Positions 9,939 through 20,720 of a DNA stretch of 64,000 nt are shown one piece after another. Positions within the stretch are counted from its first letter, which is position 1. Every line of letters begins with the position of its first letter. Both the position numbers and the translations under genes were made by a program. The stretch comes from an uncultured Gemmatimonadaceae bacterium (GTDB taxonomy: Bacteria > Gemmatimonadota > Gemmatimonadetes > Gemmatimonadales > Gemmatimonadaceae): the NCBI GenBank assembly GCA_963740355.1, contig CAVUDW010000003.1, positions 1,408,001-1,472,000 on the forward strand, in the 5' to 3' direction. Below the pieces are notes generated by a model. It worked only from the letters and a program-made list of their open reading frames with translations. It did no database searches and had not been told where the DNA came from.

Positions 9939-11813
9939 ATGCGCCTCCTCGCACTGACAGGCAGCCTTCGGGCACGCTCCATCAACACAGAGCTGCTCCG
10001 CGCCGTGGCGCTGGTCGCGCCGCCCGACGTGAGCGTCACGTTCAGCGATGCCCTCGGGCAGTTGCCACACTTCAACCCTGATCTCGATCAGGAGGGTATG
10101 GCACAGCCTGCAACGGTGACACGACTGCGCGGCGAGGTCGCGGACGCTGATGCCGTCATCATCTCCTGCCCCGAGTACGCGCACGGGATCGCTGGGTCGT
10201 TCAAGAACCTGCTCGACTGGCTCGTGAGCAGCAGTGAGATGCCGGGTAAGCCGATCTGCGTGCTCAACGCATCAACCAGTTCGCGCTTCGGCCCGGCGTC
10301 GCTAGTCGAAATCCTGAAGACCATGTCCACTCTGGTCGTGACCGGTGACGCCGTCACGGTACCGGTGGATGGTCGCCGAATGGACGCTGCCGCGATCGCG
10401 GCCGATGCGGAACTGCGCGCCGTGCTCGACGATGCGATCGCCGCCATTGCTGCGGCTGTGGCCGCCCCGCGCATTCGCGACGACTTCCTCCGCGCCGCCC
10501 TCGCACCGCGCACGGGATCACATGCCAGCGGCACGTTGGCGATTGCCGATGCGCTGCTGACAACGCACGCAAACCTTGCCACGCATGACATCTACGTCGC
10601 CGCGACGCTCGGCAACGCTGACGCCGTTCGGCAGTTCCTCGACGCGAACCCGTCACTCGCGACCGCGACCAGCGCGCCCTACGGCTGGGACGCGCTCACC
10701 TGCCTCTGTTTTTCACGCTACCTGCGCCTCGACGATGCACGCTCCGCGGGTTTCGTTGACGCCGCACGCGCGTTGCTCGATGCGGGCGCAAGCGCAAACA
10801 CGGGGTTCTTCGAGAAAGACCATACGCCGGCACCCGAGTTCGAGAGTGTGCTGTATGGCGCGGCTGGTGTGGCGCATCACGAAGGGGTGACGCGACTGCT
10901 CCTCGAGCGCGGCGCCGATCCGAACGACAACGAGGTCCCGTATCACTCACCCGAGGGGTATGACCTTCGTGCATTGCGCGCCATCCTCGACTCCGGCCGC
11001 GTGACGCCGGAGACCCTCACGATGATGCTGCTCCGAAAGAGCGACTGGCATGATCGTGACGGCATGCAGCTGGTGCTGGAACGTGGCGCTGATGCAAATG
11101 CCGAAAGTCTCTGGGGTACCACGCCATTGCGTCATGCGATCCGCAGCGACAACTCGGCAGCGATCGTGACCTTGCTGCTCGACCACGGCGCCGACGCCAC
11201 GAGGCCCAATCAAGGCATGACACCCTACGCCCTCGCCGCGTGGGCCGGCCGCAAGGAATTGCTGGAGTTGTTCGATGACCGTGGCCAGAGCGTCGCGCTG
11301 CATGGACTCGACGCCTTGGTCGAAGCCTGTGCACGGCAGCAGGGAGCTCGTGCGCTCCAGCTGGTCGAGGCAGAACCGACGCTGCTGCCGCAGTTGCGCG
11401 AGCGCGGCGCGAAGGTCTTGGTGCGCTTCGCCGGTGTCGGCAATAGCGAGGGCCTCGAATGCCTGCTCGATCTCGGCCTCGATGTGAACGCTGCCGATCC
11501 AGACCCGAACGGGTACTTCGAACTTGCCGCGCACACGACCGCGCTGCACATCGCCGCATGGCGTGGGCGGCACGCAACGGTGCGATTCCTGATCGGTCGC
11601 GGCGCCGATGTGAACCTGCGCGATGCAGCGGGCCGGTCCGCATTGAGCCTCGCCGTGCGCGCATGCGTAGACTCCTACTGGACCGACTCGCGAGCGCCGG
11701 ATTCGGTGGCCATGCTGCTCGACGCGGGCGCGTCGGTCGCGGGCGCGCGGTTCCCGTCCGGGTATGACGAGGTCGATGTGTTGTTGCGGGCCCACGGCGC
11801 GACCAATTCCTGA
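9939..11813 (+). CDS. NADPH-dependent FMN reductase (ChrR/SsuE-like) fused to an ankyrin-repeat domain
   Basis: N-terminus GSLRARSIN, PEYAHGIAGSFKNLLDW; C-terminus has ankyrin repeats (LLERGADPN, TPLRHA, LLDHGAD, TALHIAAWRG, LIGRGADVN). Confidence 0.85.
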   Translation: MRLLALTGSLRARSINTELLRAVALVAPPDVSVTFSDALGQLPHFNPDLDQEGMAQPATVTRLRGEVADADAVIISCPEYAHGIAGSFKNLLDWLVSSSEMPGKPICVLNASTSSRFGPASLVEILKTMSTLVVTGDAVTVPVDGRRMDAAAIAADAELRAVLDDAIAAIAAAVAAPRIRDDFLRAALAPRTGSHASGTLAIADALLTTHANLATHDIYVAATLGNADAVRQFLDANPSLATATSAPYGWDALTCLCFSRYLRLDDARSAGFVDAARALLDAGASANTGFFEKDHTPAPEFESVLYGAAGVAHHEGVTRLLLERGADPNDNEVPYHSPEGYDLRALRAILDSGRVTPETLTMMLLRKSDWHDRDGMQLVLERGADANAESLWGTTPLRHAIRSDNSAAIVTLLLDHGADATRPNQGMTPYALAAWAGRKELLELFDDRGQSVALHGLDALVEACARQQGARALQLVEAEPTLLPQLRERGAKVLVRFAGVGNSEGLECLLDLGLDVNAADPDPNGYFELAAHTTALHIAAWRGRHATVRFLIGRGADVNLRDAAGRSALSLAVRACVDSYWTDSRAPDSVAMLLDAGASVAGARFPSGYDEVDVLLRAHGATNS

Positions 11814-11857
11814 CATCCAGCGACGCGAACTGCACGCATCGACGAGAGTGTTGCCCA

Positions 11858-12280
11858 GTGATCGTGATCCGCATGCTCGGCCCGCACGACGCTGGGCTCC
11901 TCGACAATCTCGCCGCCGACGTGTTCGATGACGCGATCGAGCCGGCGTGGCGAGAAGAATTCTTTGCCGACCCGCGACACCACCTGGCCGTGGCGTTCGA
12001 CGGCACCTGCGTAGTCGGGATGGCGAGTGGCGTGCACTACCTCCATCCGGACAAACCCGCTGAGCTGTTCGTGAACGAGGTGGGCGTTGCGATGACTTAC
12101 CGCGATCAGGGTGTGGGGCGACGCCTCCTGCAGGCGCTGCTGGACCATGCCGCGACGCTCGGCTGCCAGAGCGCATGGGTGCTGACCGAGGAATCGAATC
12201 AGGCAGCGCGGCGTATGTACGCGGCCGCCGGCGGCGTGGAACAGGTGGAACGTCCGGTGATGATCGAGTTCCGGACCTGA
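11858..12280 (+). CDS. GNAT N-acetyltransferase
   Basis: [18 protein letters not shown] acetyl-CoA motif A; NQAARRMY. Confidence 0.88.
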   Translation: MIVIRMLGPHDAGLLDNLAADVFDDAIEPAWREEFFADPRHHLAVAFDGTCVVGMASGVHYLHPDKPAELFVNEVGVAMTYRDQGVGRRLLQALLDHAATLGCQSAWVLTEESNQAARRMYAAAGGVEQVERPVMIEFRT

Positions 12281-12410
12281 CCATCCTCCCCACGCTGCAT
12301 CTCCGTCTGCTTGCGTCCGCGGGTGCCGCCCGACAGCGTTGCAGCGACGAATCTGTCAGCCATCATTTCCCGACGTCGACTTTCCCTTTCTCCCTGCTGC
12401 GGAGCGCACC

Positions 12411-13286
12411 GTGGAACGCCGTACCTTCCTGCTTCAGTCTGCGCTTGCCGCGACGACGCTGCCCGTGCTGATGCGCCACGTCGCCAAGCCACCCTTCCGC
12501 ATTTCGCTGGCCCAGTGGTCGTTTCACAAGGCACTGTTCGCGAAGGAGATGGAGCACCTCGACTTCGCGAAGGTCGCCAAGCGCACGTACGGCATCGAGG
12601 CGATCGAGTATGTGAACGTCTTCTTCAAGGACAAGGCGACCGACGCCGCATACCTCGCGGAGATGAACAAGCGCGCGAAGGACGAGGGGGTGTACCAGCA
12701 CCTGATCATGGTTGACGGCGAAGGTGCGCTCGGTGACCCCGACATGACCAAGCGCCAGCAGGCAGTCGACAACCATCGCAAGTGGCTCGATGCGGCGAAG
12801 ACACTCGGCTGCGCCACCATCCGTGTCAACGCACAGAGCACAGGCACACCCGAGGAGCAGCAGAAGCTCGCCGCCGATGGCCTGCGCAAGTTAGCCGAGT
12901 TGGCCGCGCCGATGAACCTCAACGTGATCGTCGAGAACCACGGTGGCCTGTCGTCACACGGCGACTGGCTCGTCGGCGTGATGAAGCTCGTTGACCACCC
13001 GCGCATGGGGACCCTGCCCGACTTCGGCAACTTCTACGACTACGACCGCTATCAGGCCGTGACGGAGATGATGCCGTATGCGAAGGCGGTCAGCGCCAAG
13101 TCATTCGACTTCGATGCCGCTGGCAACGAGACCACCATCGACTACGTGCGCATGATGCGCATCGTCAAGGCGGCAAAGTTCAGCAGCTGGGTCGGCATCG
13201 AGTACGAAGGCGAGAAGACCCCCGAACCGGACGGCGTTCGCCTCACCCTGGCGCTCCTCAAGCGACTGCAGGCCGAACTGGCCTGA
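12411..13286 (+). CDS. Sugar phosphate isomerase/epimerase (xylose isomerase-like TIM barrel), Tat-like signal
   Basis: GGAG RBS before GTG 12411; N-terminal ERRTFL; ISLAQWS, VENHGG, LPDFGNF, VSAK, GIEYEG motifs. Confidence 0.87.
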   Translation: MERRTFLLQSALAATTLPVLMRHVAKPPFRISLAQWSFHKALFAKEMEHLDFAKVAKRTYGIEAIEYVNVFFKDKATDAAYLAEMNKRAKDEGVYQHLIMVDGEGALGDPDMTKRQQAVDNHRKWLDAAKTLGCATIRVNAQSTGTPEEQQKLAADGLRKLAELAAPMNLNVIVENHGGLSSHGDWLVGVMKLVDHPRMGTLPDFGNFYDYDRYQAVTEMMPYAKAVSAKSFDFDAAGNETTIDYVRMMRIVKAAKFSSWVGIEYEGEKTPEPDGVRLTLALLKRLQAELA

Positions 13287-13337
13287 TCGCTCGGCGCTCT
13301 CGCCCGTACACCGCGCGCGAGTCGTGCTCTCGGAGAC

Positions 13338-14375
13338 TCAGAGCAGCACTTCTCGCCGCGTCTCGGACGACTCGATTCCCAGTGCGATCAGGCGCATGAC
13401 CTGCAGCGCCTCAGTGGCCGGCACGGGGTTGGGGCCGGTGCCATGAATCGCGTCCCGCACAGCGGCGTAGTAGCGGCGATAGTCGCCGACATCACCGTGC
13501 ACCAGTCGAGTGCTCGTACGCTCACCATCGACGGTGGTGAGCGTGCCAGGTCGGTTGTCCACGCCCCAGAGTGCATCGCCTGGCGTGCGGCCAGCCTTCA
13601 ACGCGTCTTCCTGCGTATCGAGCCCCTGCTTGACGAAGCTGCCGTGTGTGCCGTGCACCGAATAGCGAAGGTCATGCGCGGCCATCATCGTGGACGCATG
13701 CAGGATCACGCGCAATCGATCGTAGCGCATCACGGCGTGGAAGTAGTCGTCGGTCTGTCCACCGTCACGCTGCACGGAGATGTCGGCCGTGATACCGATC
13801 GGCACGCCGAACAGCCGCAGCGCCTGATCGATCAGGTGCGGGGCGAGGTCGTACCAGAGGCCCGCGCCCGGACCCTTCTGCTCGCGCCACCGATCGCGCA
13901 CCTCGAGTCGGAAACGATCGAAGTGTGACTCGAACTGCGTCACGACGCCGAGCGCTCCGTCAGCCACCAGGCTGCGCAGCGTGACGAAGTCGGCGTCGTA
14001 GCGACGATTGTGAAAGACCGACAGCACCTTGCCCGCGCGCTCCGCATGCGCGATCACCGACTCGGCTTCCTCCACCGTCACCGTGAACGGCTTGTCGACG
14101 ACGACATGCTTGCCCGCGTCGAGCACCGCGTGCGCCTGCGGCGCGTGCAGCGGATTCGGTGTCGCGATCACCACCAGGTCGATCGCCGGGTCGGCAAGCA
14201 CCACCGACAAGTCGGGCGCGACGCGCGTGGCGGGGAAATCGGCGTGCACCGCAGCCGGGTTGCTCGAGACCACGCTGTGCAGCGTGAGGCCATCGACCGA
14301 TGCGATCAGCGGTGCATGAAAGATCTTGCCGACGAAGCCGTAGCCGACGAGCGCGACGTTCAGGTTCTGGGCCAT
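13338..14375 (-). CDS. Gfo/Idh/MocA oxidoreductase (YdgJ-like)
   Basis: GYGFVGKIFH Rossmann motif, KHVVVDKPF, FHNRRYD, YDLAPHLIDQ. Confidence 0.92.
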   Translation of the reverse strand: MAQNLNVALVGYGFVGKIFHAPLIASVDGLTLHSVVSSNPAAVHADFPATRVAPDLSVVLADPAIDLVVIATPNPLHAPQAHAVLDAGKHVVVDKPFTVTVEEAESVIAHAERAGKVLSVFHNRRYDADFVTLRSLVADGALGVVTQFESHFDRFRLEVRDRWREQKGPGAGLWYDLAPHLIDQALRLFGVPIGITADISVQRDGGQTDDYFHAVMRYDRLRVILHASTMMAAHDLRYSVHGTHGSFVKQGLDTQEDALKAGRTPGDALWGVDNRPGTLTTVDGERTSTRLVHGDVGDYRRYYAAVRDAIHGTGPNPVPATEALQVMRLIALGIESSETRREVLL

Positions 14376-14597
14376 AGAGAGATGGGCAACCGGGCGGGAC
14401 AGGGATGAACGACACAGTGATCGTGTGATGTTTCATGAATTTCAAACATCACCACACGGCATCAGGTACTGTACTGGTGCCGGAGTGAGCCCGTCGTTAC
14501 CGCCTCACGCCGTTGCGTGTGTTCTCCTGAGAGCGTCAGGCACATGCCCGCTCAGACACCAGCAACACTTCGGCCTCGGGCCGATCACAGGGGAATC

Positions 14598-15455
14598 ATG
14601 CTGAAATGCTTTAACGAGTCGCTGCGCATCGACCAGGTTGACCGTGAGGCGTTTCGCTTCGGGCACAACCTGCTCGGTCATCCGGCGCTCTCCCTCGAGA
14701 ACCTCGCCAAGGTGCTGCCGGCCCTGCCGCAGCCCAACGTGATGTATTCGAAGGGCTTGCTGATGAATGGCGACGACTTCGAGAGCACCTTTCGCAAGCG
14801 CCCGGAAGACCGGTCGCTGGAGCAGACGATCGAGGAGATTCGCACCGGCAACTCGTACATCATGGTGAAGTCGCCGGAACTCGACCCGTCGTTCCAGCCC
14901 CTCTTTCAGGACCTGCTCGCGGACGTGAACTCGATTGTCCGGGAGCGGCGGATCAGTCGGGAAGCGATCGACCCGCAGTTGTACCTCTTCATCGCCTCAC
15001 CGAACAGCGTCACCCCGTTCCACATCGATCGCAACTCGACCTTCCTGATGCAGTTTCGCGGCACGAAGCACGTGCACGTGTTCCCCCAGTGGGATGAGCG
15101 CGTGGTGAGTGCCCCGGACACCGAGCTGTACATGGCCTACACCAGCACCAAGCTGCCTTGGTCACCGGAGATTGATTCCATGGGCACCGACTTCGAGTTC
15201 AAGCCGGGCGAGGCGCTGCACATTCCCTTCGTCGCCGGCCATCACGTGCGCAACGGCGCAGACGATGTGTCGATCTCGATGTCGATCATCTTCAATACCG
15301 ACGAGAATCTCGAGTGGAAGAGCGCACTGGCGTTCAACCATTCACTGCGGAACGTGATGGGTCGGGTGGGCGCGAAGCCGAAGTCCATCGGCTCCAGCCC
15401 GACGCGAGATGCCGCCAAAGCGCGCATGTATCGTGGGCTGACCGCGCTGCGATAG
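14598..15455 (+). CDS. JmjC/cupin-like 2-oxoglutarate-Fe(II) oxygenase domain protein
   Basis: FIASPNSVTPFHID (HxD), QFRGTK, PGEALHIP..GHHVRN (distal His), SISMS. Confidence 0.8.
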   Translation: MLKCFNESLRIDQVDREAFRFGHNLLGHPALSLENLAKVLPALPQPNVMYSKGLLMNGDDFESTFRKRPEDRSLEQTIEEIRTGNSYIMVKSPELDPSFQPLFQDLLADVNSIVRERRISREAIDPQLYLFIASPNSVTPFHIDRNSTFLMQFRGTKHVHVFPQWDERVVSAPDTELYMAYTSTKLPWSPEIDSMGTDFEFKPGEALHIPFVAGHHVRNGADDVSISMSIIFNTDENLEWKSALAFNHSLRNVMGRVGAKPKSIGSSPTRDAAKARMYRGLTALR

Positions 15456-15596
15456 AGCATCGGTGAGGCTTGGCGGCCGATGTGCCTGCCCCGCGGCACC
15501 GGGGGAGAGCGCACTGGTCGATCAGCAGGCACCAAACGACGATCGCGACATCGGCACTGAGCCGGTGTCGCGATCGTCGTTACGGCGCATGCGTCG

Positions 15597-16481
15597 TCAG
15601 CGCTTGTTTGGCCCGCGACGCCAGGCGTCGAACATCGGCAGGCCAGCACCGGCGGCGGTGATCAATGCGGGCAGCAGCACACCCGAGCGCCCCATCGCCA
15701 TCAGTACCAGGCCGACCGACGACAGCACCGCACCTGCAATCATCATCGTCTCTTCTCGGCGCTGCATCACGCGACCGTACAACACCGACAACCAGCGGCG
15801 ATGCACAGGCAGCAATCGTGACTTCGTGATCACCAGCCCCTCCAGCGCCCAGGCGTTGGTCGGGTCGAGTTCACGCGCCTGCTCGAACTCGGCGTGCGCC
15901 CCCTTCACGTCGCCTGTCTCCAGCAGCGTCCACGCATGCCCGGTGCGCGCGAGGGCGTTGGCCGGATAACTGTTCGCGAAGGTGCGCCATGTGTCGCCGG
16001 CACGCACGTCGAGTCCCTTGCCCGCCGCGATCGCCGCGCGCAGCGGCAGCAACTCCTCTTCGTCGGCGCCATGTGATGCAGCATCCGCCACCGCAGCGCG
16101 CGCCGCTTCCCACTGTGCCTTCTGCAGGTAGACGCGCGCGAGCAGCACATGTGTATCCGATTCTTCCGGATCGAGTGCGACGGCCCGCTCAGCCGCACGC
16201 TGGGCACCCGGGAGGATGTTCGCGCGCAGCAGCACCACGCCGCGGGTCCAGTGGGCGAAGGCGGCGATCGGGGCTTGCTGCACGGCCGTTGCGCTGGCCG
16301 CGAGGGCGCCCGTGGTATCGCCGGTCTCGAGCAGGAGCAGCGCCCGCATGCCGTGAAGCCAGGCGTCACCCGGGCCAAGGATCAGCGAGCGGTCCAGCAG
16401 CTCGAGCGCATCAGCGAACCGCGCATCGGCGATGAGTTCGCCCAGCCGGGCACTAATGACGTTTTCGTCGAGCTGAGACAT
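15597..16481 (-). CDS. Tetratricopeptide repeat protein with C-terminal transmembrane helices
   Basis: Repeated TPR-like helices (AERAVALDPEE, FEQARELDPTN); two hydrophobic C-terminal segments. Confidence 0.75.
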   Translation of the reverse strand: MSQLDENVISARLGELIADARFADALELLDRSLILGPGDAWLHGMRALLLLETGDTTGALAASATAVQQAPIAAFAHWTRGVVLLRANILPGAQRAAERAVALDPEESDTHVLLARVYLQKAQWEAARAAVADAASHGADEEELLPLRAAIAAGKGLDVRAGDTWRTFANSYPANALARTGHAWTLLETGDVKGAHAEFEQARELDPTNAWALEGLVITKSRLLPVHRRWLSVLYGRVMQRREETMMIAGAVLSSVGLVLMAMGRSGVLLPALITAAGAGLPMFDAWRRGPNKR

Positions 16482-16575
16482 GCGATTGGGTACGATTGAG
16501 AGAGGATTCCCAGATCAATAGCGCAATGCTTGGGCCAGCGAGCGGGACCGTAAACCAATTGAAACAGGATATAGT

Positions 16576-17421
16576 TTGGGCTCCGTGCCACATAATACTT
16601 CGGCCTTCCTGGCCCAGCTGACAGACGCCCGCGCGGCCTATCCGCTCCCAGCGCGCCTGCATGAGACGGTGCGGGACTGGATGCGCAGCGTCCTCTCCCT
16701 GCTCTTCCCGCACGCCGCGCCGCCGGGCGCCAGTCAGGACGTCTTCGGGGTGCGCCGAGAGTACGACACTGTGGCATCGACGCTGCAGGACCTGTTGCGT
16801 GCCCTGTTCAGTGACGACGAGCGTGCCAGCGCGGTGGCGGACGAGTTGATGGCCGCCCTCCCTGACATCCGCATCCGTTTGTACGCCGACGCCGACGCGC
16901 TGTATCAGATGGATCCGGCGGCCCAGAGCGTGGACGAGGTGTTTCTGGCCTATCCGGGCTTCCTCGCCACCATTTGCCACCGGGTGGCCCAGCCGCTCTG
17001 GCGCGCTGGGGTCCCGATCATGCCGCGCCTGATCACTGAGTGGGCCCACGAACGCACGGGCGTCGACCTGCATCCAGGTGCCACCATCGGCGATCGCTTC
17101 GCCATCGACCACGGCACCGGCATCGTCATCGGCGAAACCGCCCGCATCGGCAATGACGTTCGCCTCTATCAGGGGGTGACGCTTGGTGCATTGCGAGTCA
17201 ACAAGGCGCTGGCGAGTGTACAACGACACCCGACGATCGAGGATGATGTGACGGTGTACGCCAATGCGACGATCCTCGGCGGACGCACCGTCATCGGCAG
17301 GGGAAGTGTGATCGGCGGCAACGTCTGGCTCACACACAGCGTACCACCCGGGTCGATCGTGACCCATGCGGTGCCCGACGAACGGCTCCGCGATGACTAT
17401 CCACTGGAGTTCGAAATATGA
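16576..17421 (+). CDS. cysE: Serine O-acetyltransferase (CysE/EpsC type)
   Basis: [44 protein letters not shown] hexapeptide repeats; stop overlaps cysK start (ATGA). Start may be GTG 16585. Confidence 0.92.
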   Translation: MGSVPHNTSAFLAQLTDARAAYPLPARLHETVRDWMRSVLSLLFPHAAPPGASQDVFGVRREYDTVASTLQDLLRALFSDDERASAVADELMAALPDIRIRLYADADALYQMDPAAQSVDEVFLAYPGFLATICHRVAQPLWRAGVPIMPRLITEWAHERTGVDLHPGATIGDRFAIDHGTGIVIGETARIGNDVRLYQGVTLGALRVNKALASVQRHPTIEDDVTVYANATILGGRTVIGRGSVIGGNVWLTHSVPPGSIVTHAVPDERLRDDYPLEFEI

Positions 17422-18347
17422 GCCGCGCAGCCTCCATTCTCGGGACCATCGGCAACACGCCGCACGTGCATCTCGCGCGCCTCTTCGGCACACGCGTCGA
17501 CGTCTGGATGAAGCTGGAACGCGCGAACCCGGGCGGCAGCATCAAGGATCGCATCGCGATGGCGATGATCGAGGATGCGGAGCGCCGCGATGTGCTGAAG
17601 CCGGGCATGGTCATCATCGAGCCGACCAGCGGCAACACGGGCATCGGACTCGCGATGGTGGCGGCCGTGAAGGGCTACCGGCTGATCCTCGTGATGCCGG
17701 AGAGCATGTCGGTCGAACGCCGGCGCATCATGCTGGCGTACGGCGCAGAGTTCGAGCTCACCCCGCGCGAGCTGGGCATGAAGGGCGCGATCGCGAAGGC
17801 CAACGAACTGCTCGCGGCAACGCCGAACGGCTGGATGCCGCAGCAGTTCGACAACGCGGCCAATATCGAGATCCACAAGTGGACGACGGCGCGCGAGATC
17901 ATTGCGGACTTCCCCGAAGGCCTCGACTACCTGATCACCGGCGTGGGCACGGGTGGCCACATTACCGGCGTGAGTGAAGTGCTGAAGCAGACGATGCCGA
18001 ACCTGAAGACGCTGGCGGTCGAACCGGCGAAGTCCCCGGTCATCAGCGGCGGCGCACCGGGCCCGCATCGGTTACAGGGCATCGGCGCTGGCTTCATCCC
18101 CAACAACCTCCACACGGCCACACTCGACGGCACGGTGCAGGTGACGGAAGAGGAAGCGTTCGACTTCGCACGGCGCGCGGCGCGCGAGGAAGGCATCTTC
18201 ATCGGCGCATCCAGCGGTGCATCACTGGCCGCGATCGCACAGCTGCTGCCGACGATGCCCGACGGTGCGCGTGTACTGACGTTCTGCTACGACACGGGCG
18301 AGCGGTATCTCTCGGTCGACGGCCTGTTCCCCGCGCCACCGGTCTGA
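17418..18347 (+). CDS. cysK: Cysteine synthase A
   Basis: [12 protein letters not shown]-lysine motif, [33 protein letters not shown]. Confidence 0.96.
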   Translation: MSRAASILGTIGNTPHVHLARLFGTRVDVWMKLERANPGGSIKDRIAMAMIEDAERRDVLKPGMVIIEPTSGNTGIGLAMVAAVKGYRLILVMPESMSVERRRIMLAYGAEFELTPRELGMKGAIAKANELLAATPNGWMPQQFDNAANIEIHKWTTAREIIADFPEGLDYLITGVGTGGHITGVSEVLKQTMPNLKTLAVEPAKSPVISGGAPGPHRLQGIGAGFIPNNLHTATLDGTVQVTEEEAFDFARRAAREEGIFIGASSGASLAAIAQLLPTMPDGARVLTFCYDTGERYLSVDGLFPAPPV

Positions 18348-18348
18348 C

Positions 18349-18837
18349 ATGCGTCGTGCCGCATTGACGGCACTGCTCTGCCTGGCAGCGGCGTGCGATT
18401 CGCGCGCCGCCGCTGCGCCCGCACCACCGTCTGACGCACCGCCGTCCGAGGCACCACGCGCGATCACCCGCATCAGCCCCGCGGCTCGGCCGACGCGTGG
18501 CGTGGTGCATCGCGTGATGATGCTGATGGACAACGAGGGCTACCGCTTCGAGCCGAGTTACCTGACGGTGGCCGAAGGCGACGGCGTGTTGTTCCAGATG
18601 GTGAGCGGCGTTCCGCACAACGTGGCCTTCGACGAGAAGTTCATCCCGTCCAACGCCCGCGCGCAGCTGATCGCGAACCTCTCCCAGGTCGGCGGCCGCG
18701 ACCTCGCCGCCCCCGTCATCACCGTCGTCGACTCCTCGTTCGTGATCAGCACCACCGGCCTGCCCCACGGCGATTACCTCTTCTACTGCGCGCCCCATCG
18801 CAGCCTCAACATGCACGGCGTGCTGACCGTGCGCTGA
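18349..18837 (+). CDS. Plastocyanin/azurin-family blue copper lipoprotein
   Basis: Lipobox LAAAC; type-1 copper ligands PHNV and YCAPHRSLNM. Confidence 0.85.
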   Translation: MRRAALTALLCLAAACDSRAAAAPAPPSDAPPSEAPRAITRISPAARPTRGVVHRVMMLMDNEGYRFEPSYLTVAEGDGVLFQMVSGVPHNVAFDEKFIPSNARAQLIANLSQVGGRDLAAPVITVVDSSFVISTTGLPHGDYLFYCAPHRSLNMHGVLTVR

Positions 18838-18892
18838 CCCGCCTTTCGTGGCCGAGCAAACAAGCGAACGGCGACGCTGCGCTTTCGCCCGG

Positions 18893-19257
18893 CGGTCCAC
18901 ACTTACTCACGCGGAGGCGCGGAGGACCGCGGAGCCGCGGAGGTTCGCGCGCGGTGGCCATCGTTTGCGTGGCTCGGAGGTTTAACTACAGGGGAACTGC
19001 TTTCGCCTCCGCTGCATAGTGACCGCGATAGAAACGATTGCGCACCGACCATGGCAATGACGCGCAGCCCCCCAAAAATGCCGTTGCTCTTCCGCCCGCG
19101 ACTGACCCCTCCGCCGCCTTAGGCGTCCAGCGCTTTTCCCCGCGGCTCCGCGTCCCCCGCGGCTCCGCGTGAGCGAGTGTGGACCGTCAGGCGTAAGCGC
19201 AGCGTCGCGGAGGATCACGCAGGGTCACGCGGGGGATCGCGGAGGAGCGCGGAGGAT
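18893..19257. repeat. Imperfect ~50-bp inverted repeat made of CGCGGAG units (MITE/REP-doublet-like), plus a third cluster
   Basis: CGGTCCACACTTACTCACGCGGAG... (18893-18942, four CGCGGAG) is inverted at 19137-19185 (...CTCCGCGTGAGCGAGTGTGGACCG). More CGCGGAGGA units at 19206-19257. Confidence 0.8.
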
Positions 19258-20720
19258 CAGGGTACGCGGTCGCCGGTCGTCGTGAGCGCGAGATCACACA
19301 CGACGCTGCCGTCCGCCGCAGACGCGGTGAGGCGAGTCACGGCTTGTACGGCGCCACTGCGGCTGATACGGCCCGCGACACGCACCGTGACGAACGAGTT
19401 CGACGGCCCGCGCACCGGTGATACGTCGACGCCAGATTCGAACAGTCCATCGCTGCGGACCGACGCGTTGAAACTCTGGCCGTTGAGGAACTCCATCTTC
19501 ATCATCGGCGCACCACGCAAATGTCGGAGCACCAGGTCGGTGCCCGGTGCGAACGTGCGCGCGACGTCCCGGCATGGCGCACGTTCGGCGCCCCACCGCT
19601 CTGCATAGCGCACCCGATAGCGTCCCGCAAACGAGATCGGGGCGAGGGCGCCGTCATCACCCAGCAGCGGCGCGTTGTCGTCGCCAAAACGCATCGTGCG
19701 ACCGTCGCGCGTCACGATCCGGTCGATGTCGGACTTCGCGATCTCGAACTCGAGACCGGAATCGCCGTCCTTCACGATCACCGTCTGCTGTCGCACACTC
19801 AGCACGCGCCCCTCGATCACGCGCCCCGCATGCATCACGATGTCGTCGGCAGTACGCGGCGAGGCGGGAGCGACCGTCACCGGCGCACGAACTACGGGCG
19901 CAGCCGAGTCGCGCGTCGAGCGGGCGCTGTCGCGTGCGGCCGGTGAGACGGGCGTTGGTGCGATGCCTGACGCCTCCGCTACCGCGACAGCCGGAGTCGG
20001 CGGAGACGATGCAGGCGAGCCCGTGCCAGCGTCGCTGGCGGCCACGCGCGGCACCTGCACATCGAACCGCCCAGGCTCGGGTGTTGGCAGCACCGGCTGG
20101 CGCGTTGGCGCGGCTGTCGACGGTCGCGTAGCAGCAGCGGGCGATTCACTCGCTCGCTCGGCGCGACGGTTCGTGTCCCAGAATGCAAACGCGACCAGGC
20201 CGGTGAAGACCACGCCCATGCCCAGCATCAAGCTGTTCGTCTGGCGATACGCCTTCAGTGATGCCGCGCTCGGCTGCGCCGCCGTAGTTGGCGGACGAGT
20301 GGAAGGCATCGGCGCACCAGTGGTGGGCCGTGGCTGCTGTCGTGGCGCGATCACTGGGCGTGGCGTCGCGACGCGTGCGACCGGGACCGGATCTGGTCCG
20401 AGGGCATTCGTCCACGCATCTGCCACGAAACGGGCAATCCCCGGTTCCACGAAGCGCTGCACCTGCAAGTCGCCGGCAAGGCGCGCCGCCGCCGCGTCCC
20501 ACACCTGCCGACTCGCCGAACGATCGGGAAGTTGGCGCAGCATTCCGTCGTCATACGCCCGCAGCAGCAACTCGGCTACCGGCATCGCGTCGCTGCTCAC
20601 CGCATCGAGCAGCAGGTTGCGGAAGCGGCGCCGGTCTTTCAGCGGCCATTCCGACGGGTCGCGCACGAGCCGCTTCAATTCCGCCGCGAGGCCGGCACGC
20701 ACATCCAGCGGCGTGGCCAC
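19257..20720 (-). CDS. Hypothetical bitopic membrane protein, fourth gene of the TerY-P operon
   Basis: Helical N-terminal domain, Pro-rich linker, one TM (LMLGMGVVFTGLVAFAFW), second Pro/Ala linker, beta-rich C-terminal domains. GTG 20720 overlaps the kinase TAG; alternative ATG 20747. Confidence 0.75.
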   Translation of the reverse strand: MATPLDVRAGLAAELKRLVRDPSEWPLKDRRRFRNLLLDAVSSDAMPVAELLLRAYDDGMLRQLPDRSASRQVWDAAAARLAGDLQVQRFVEPGIARFVADAWTNALGPDPVPVARVATPRPVIAPRQQPRPTTGAPMPSTRPPTTAAQPSAASLKAYRQTNSLMLGMGVVFTGLVAFAFWDTNRRAERASESPAAATRPSTAAPTRQPVLPTPEPGRFDVQVPRVAASDAGTGSPASSPPTPAVAVAEASGIAPTPVSPAARDSARSTRDSAAPVVRAPVTVAPASPRTADDIVMHAGRVIEGRVLSVRQQTVIVKDGDSGLEFEIAKSDIDRIVTRDGRTMRFGDDNAPLLGDDGALAPISFAGRYRVRYAERWGAERAPCRDVARTFAPGTDLVLRHLRGAPMMKMEFLNGQSFNASVRSDGLFESGVDVSPVRGPSNSFVTVRVAGRISRSGAVQAVTRLTASAADGSVVCDLALTTTGDRVP

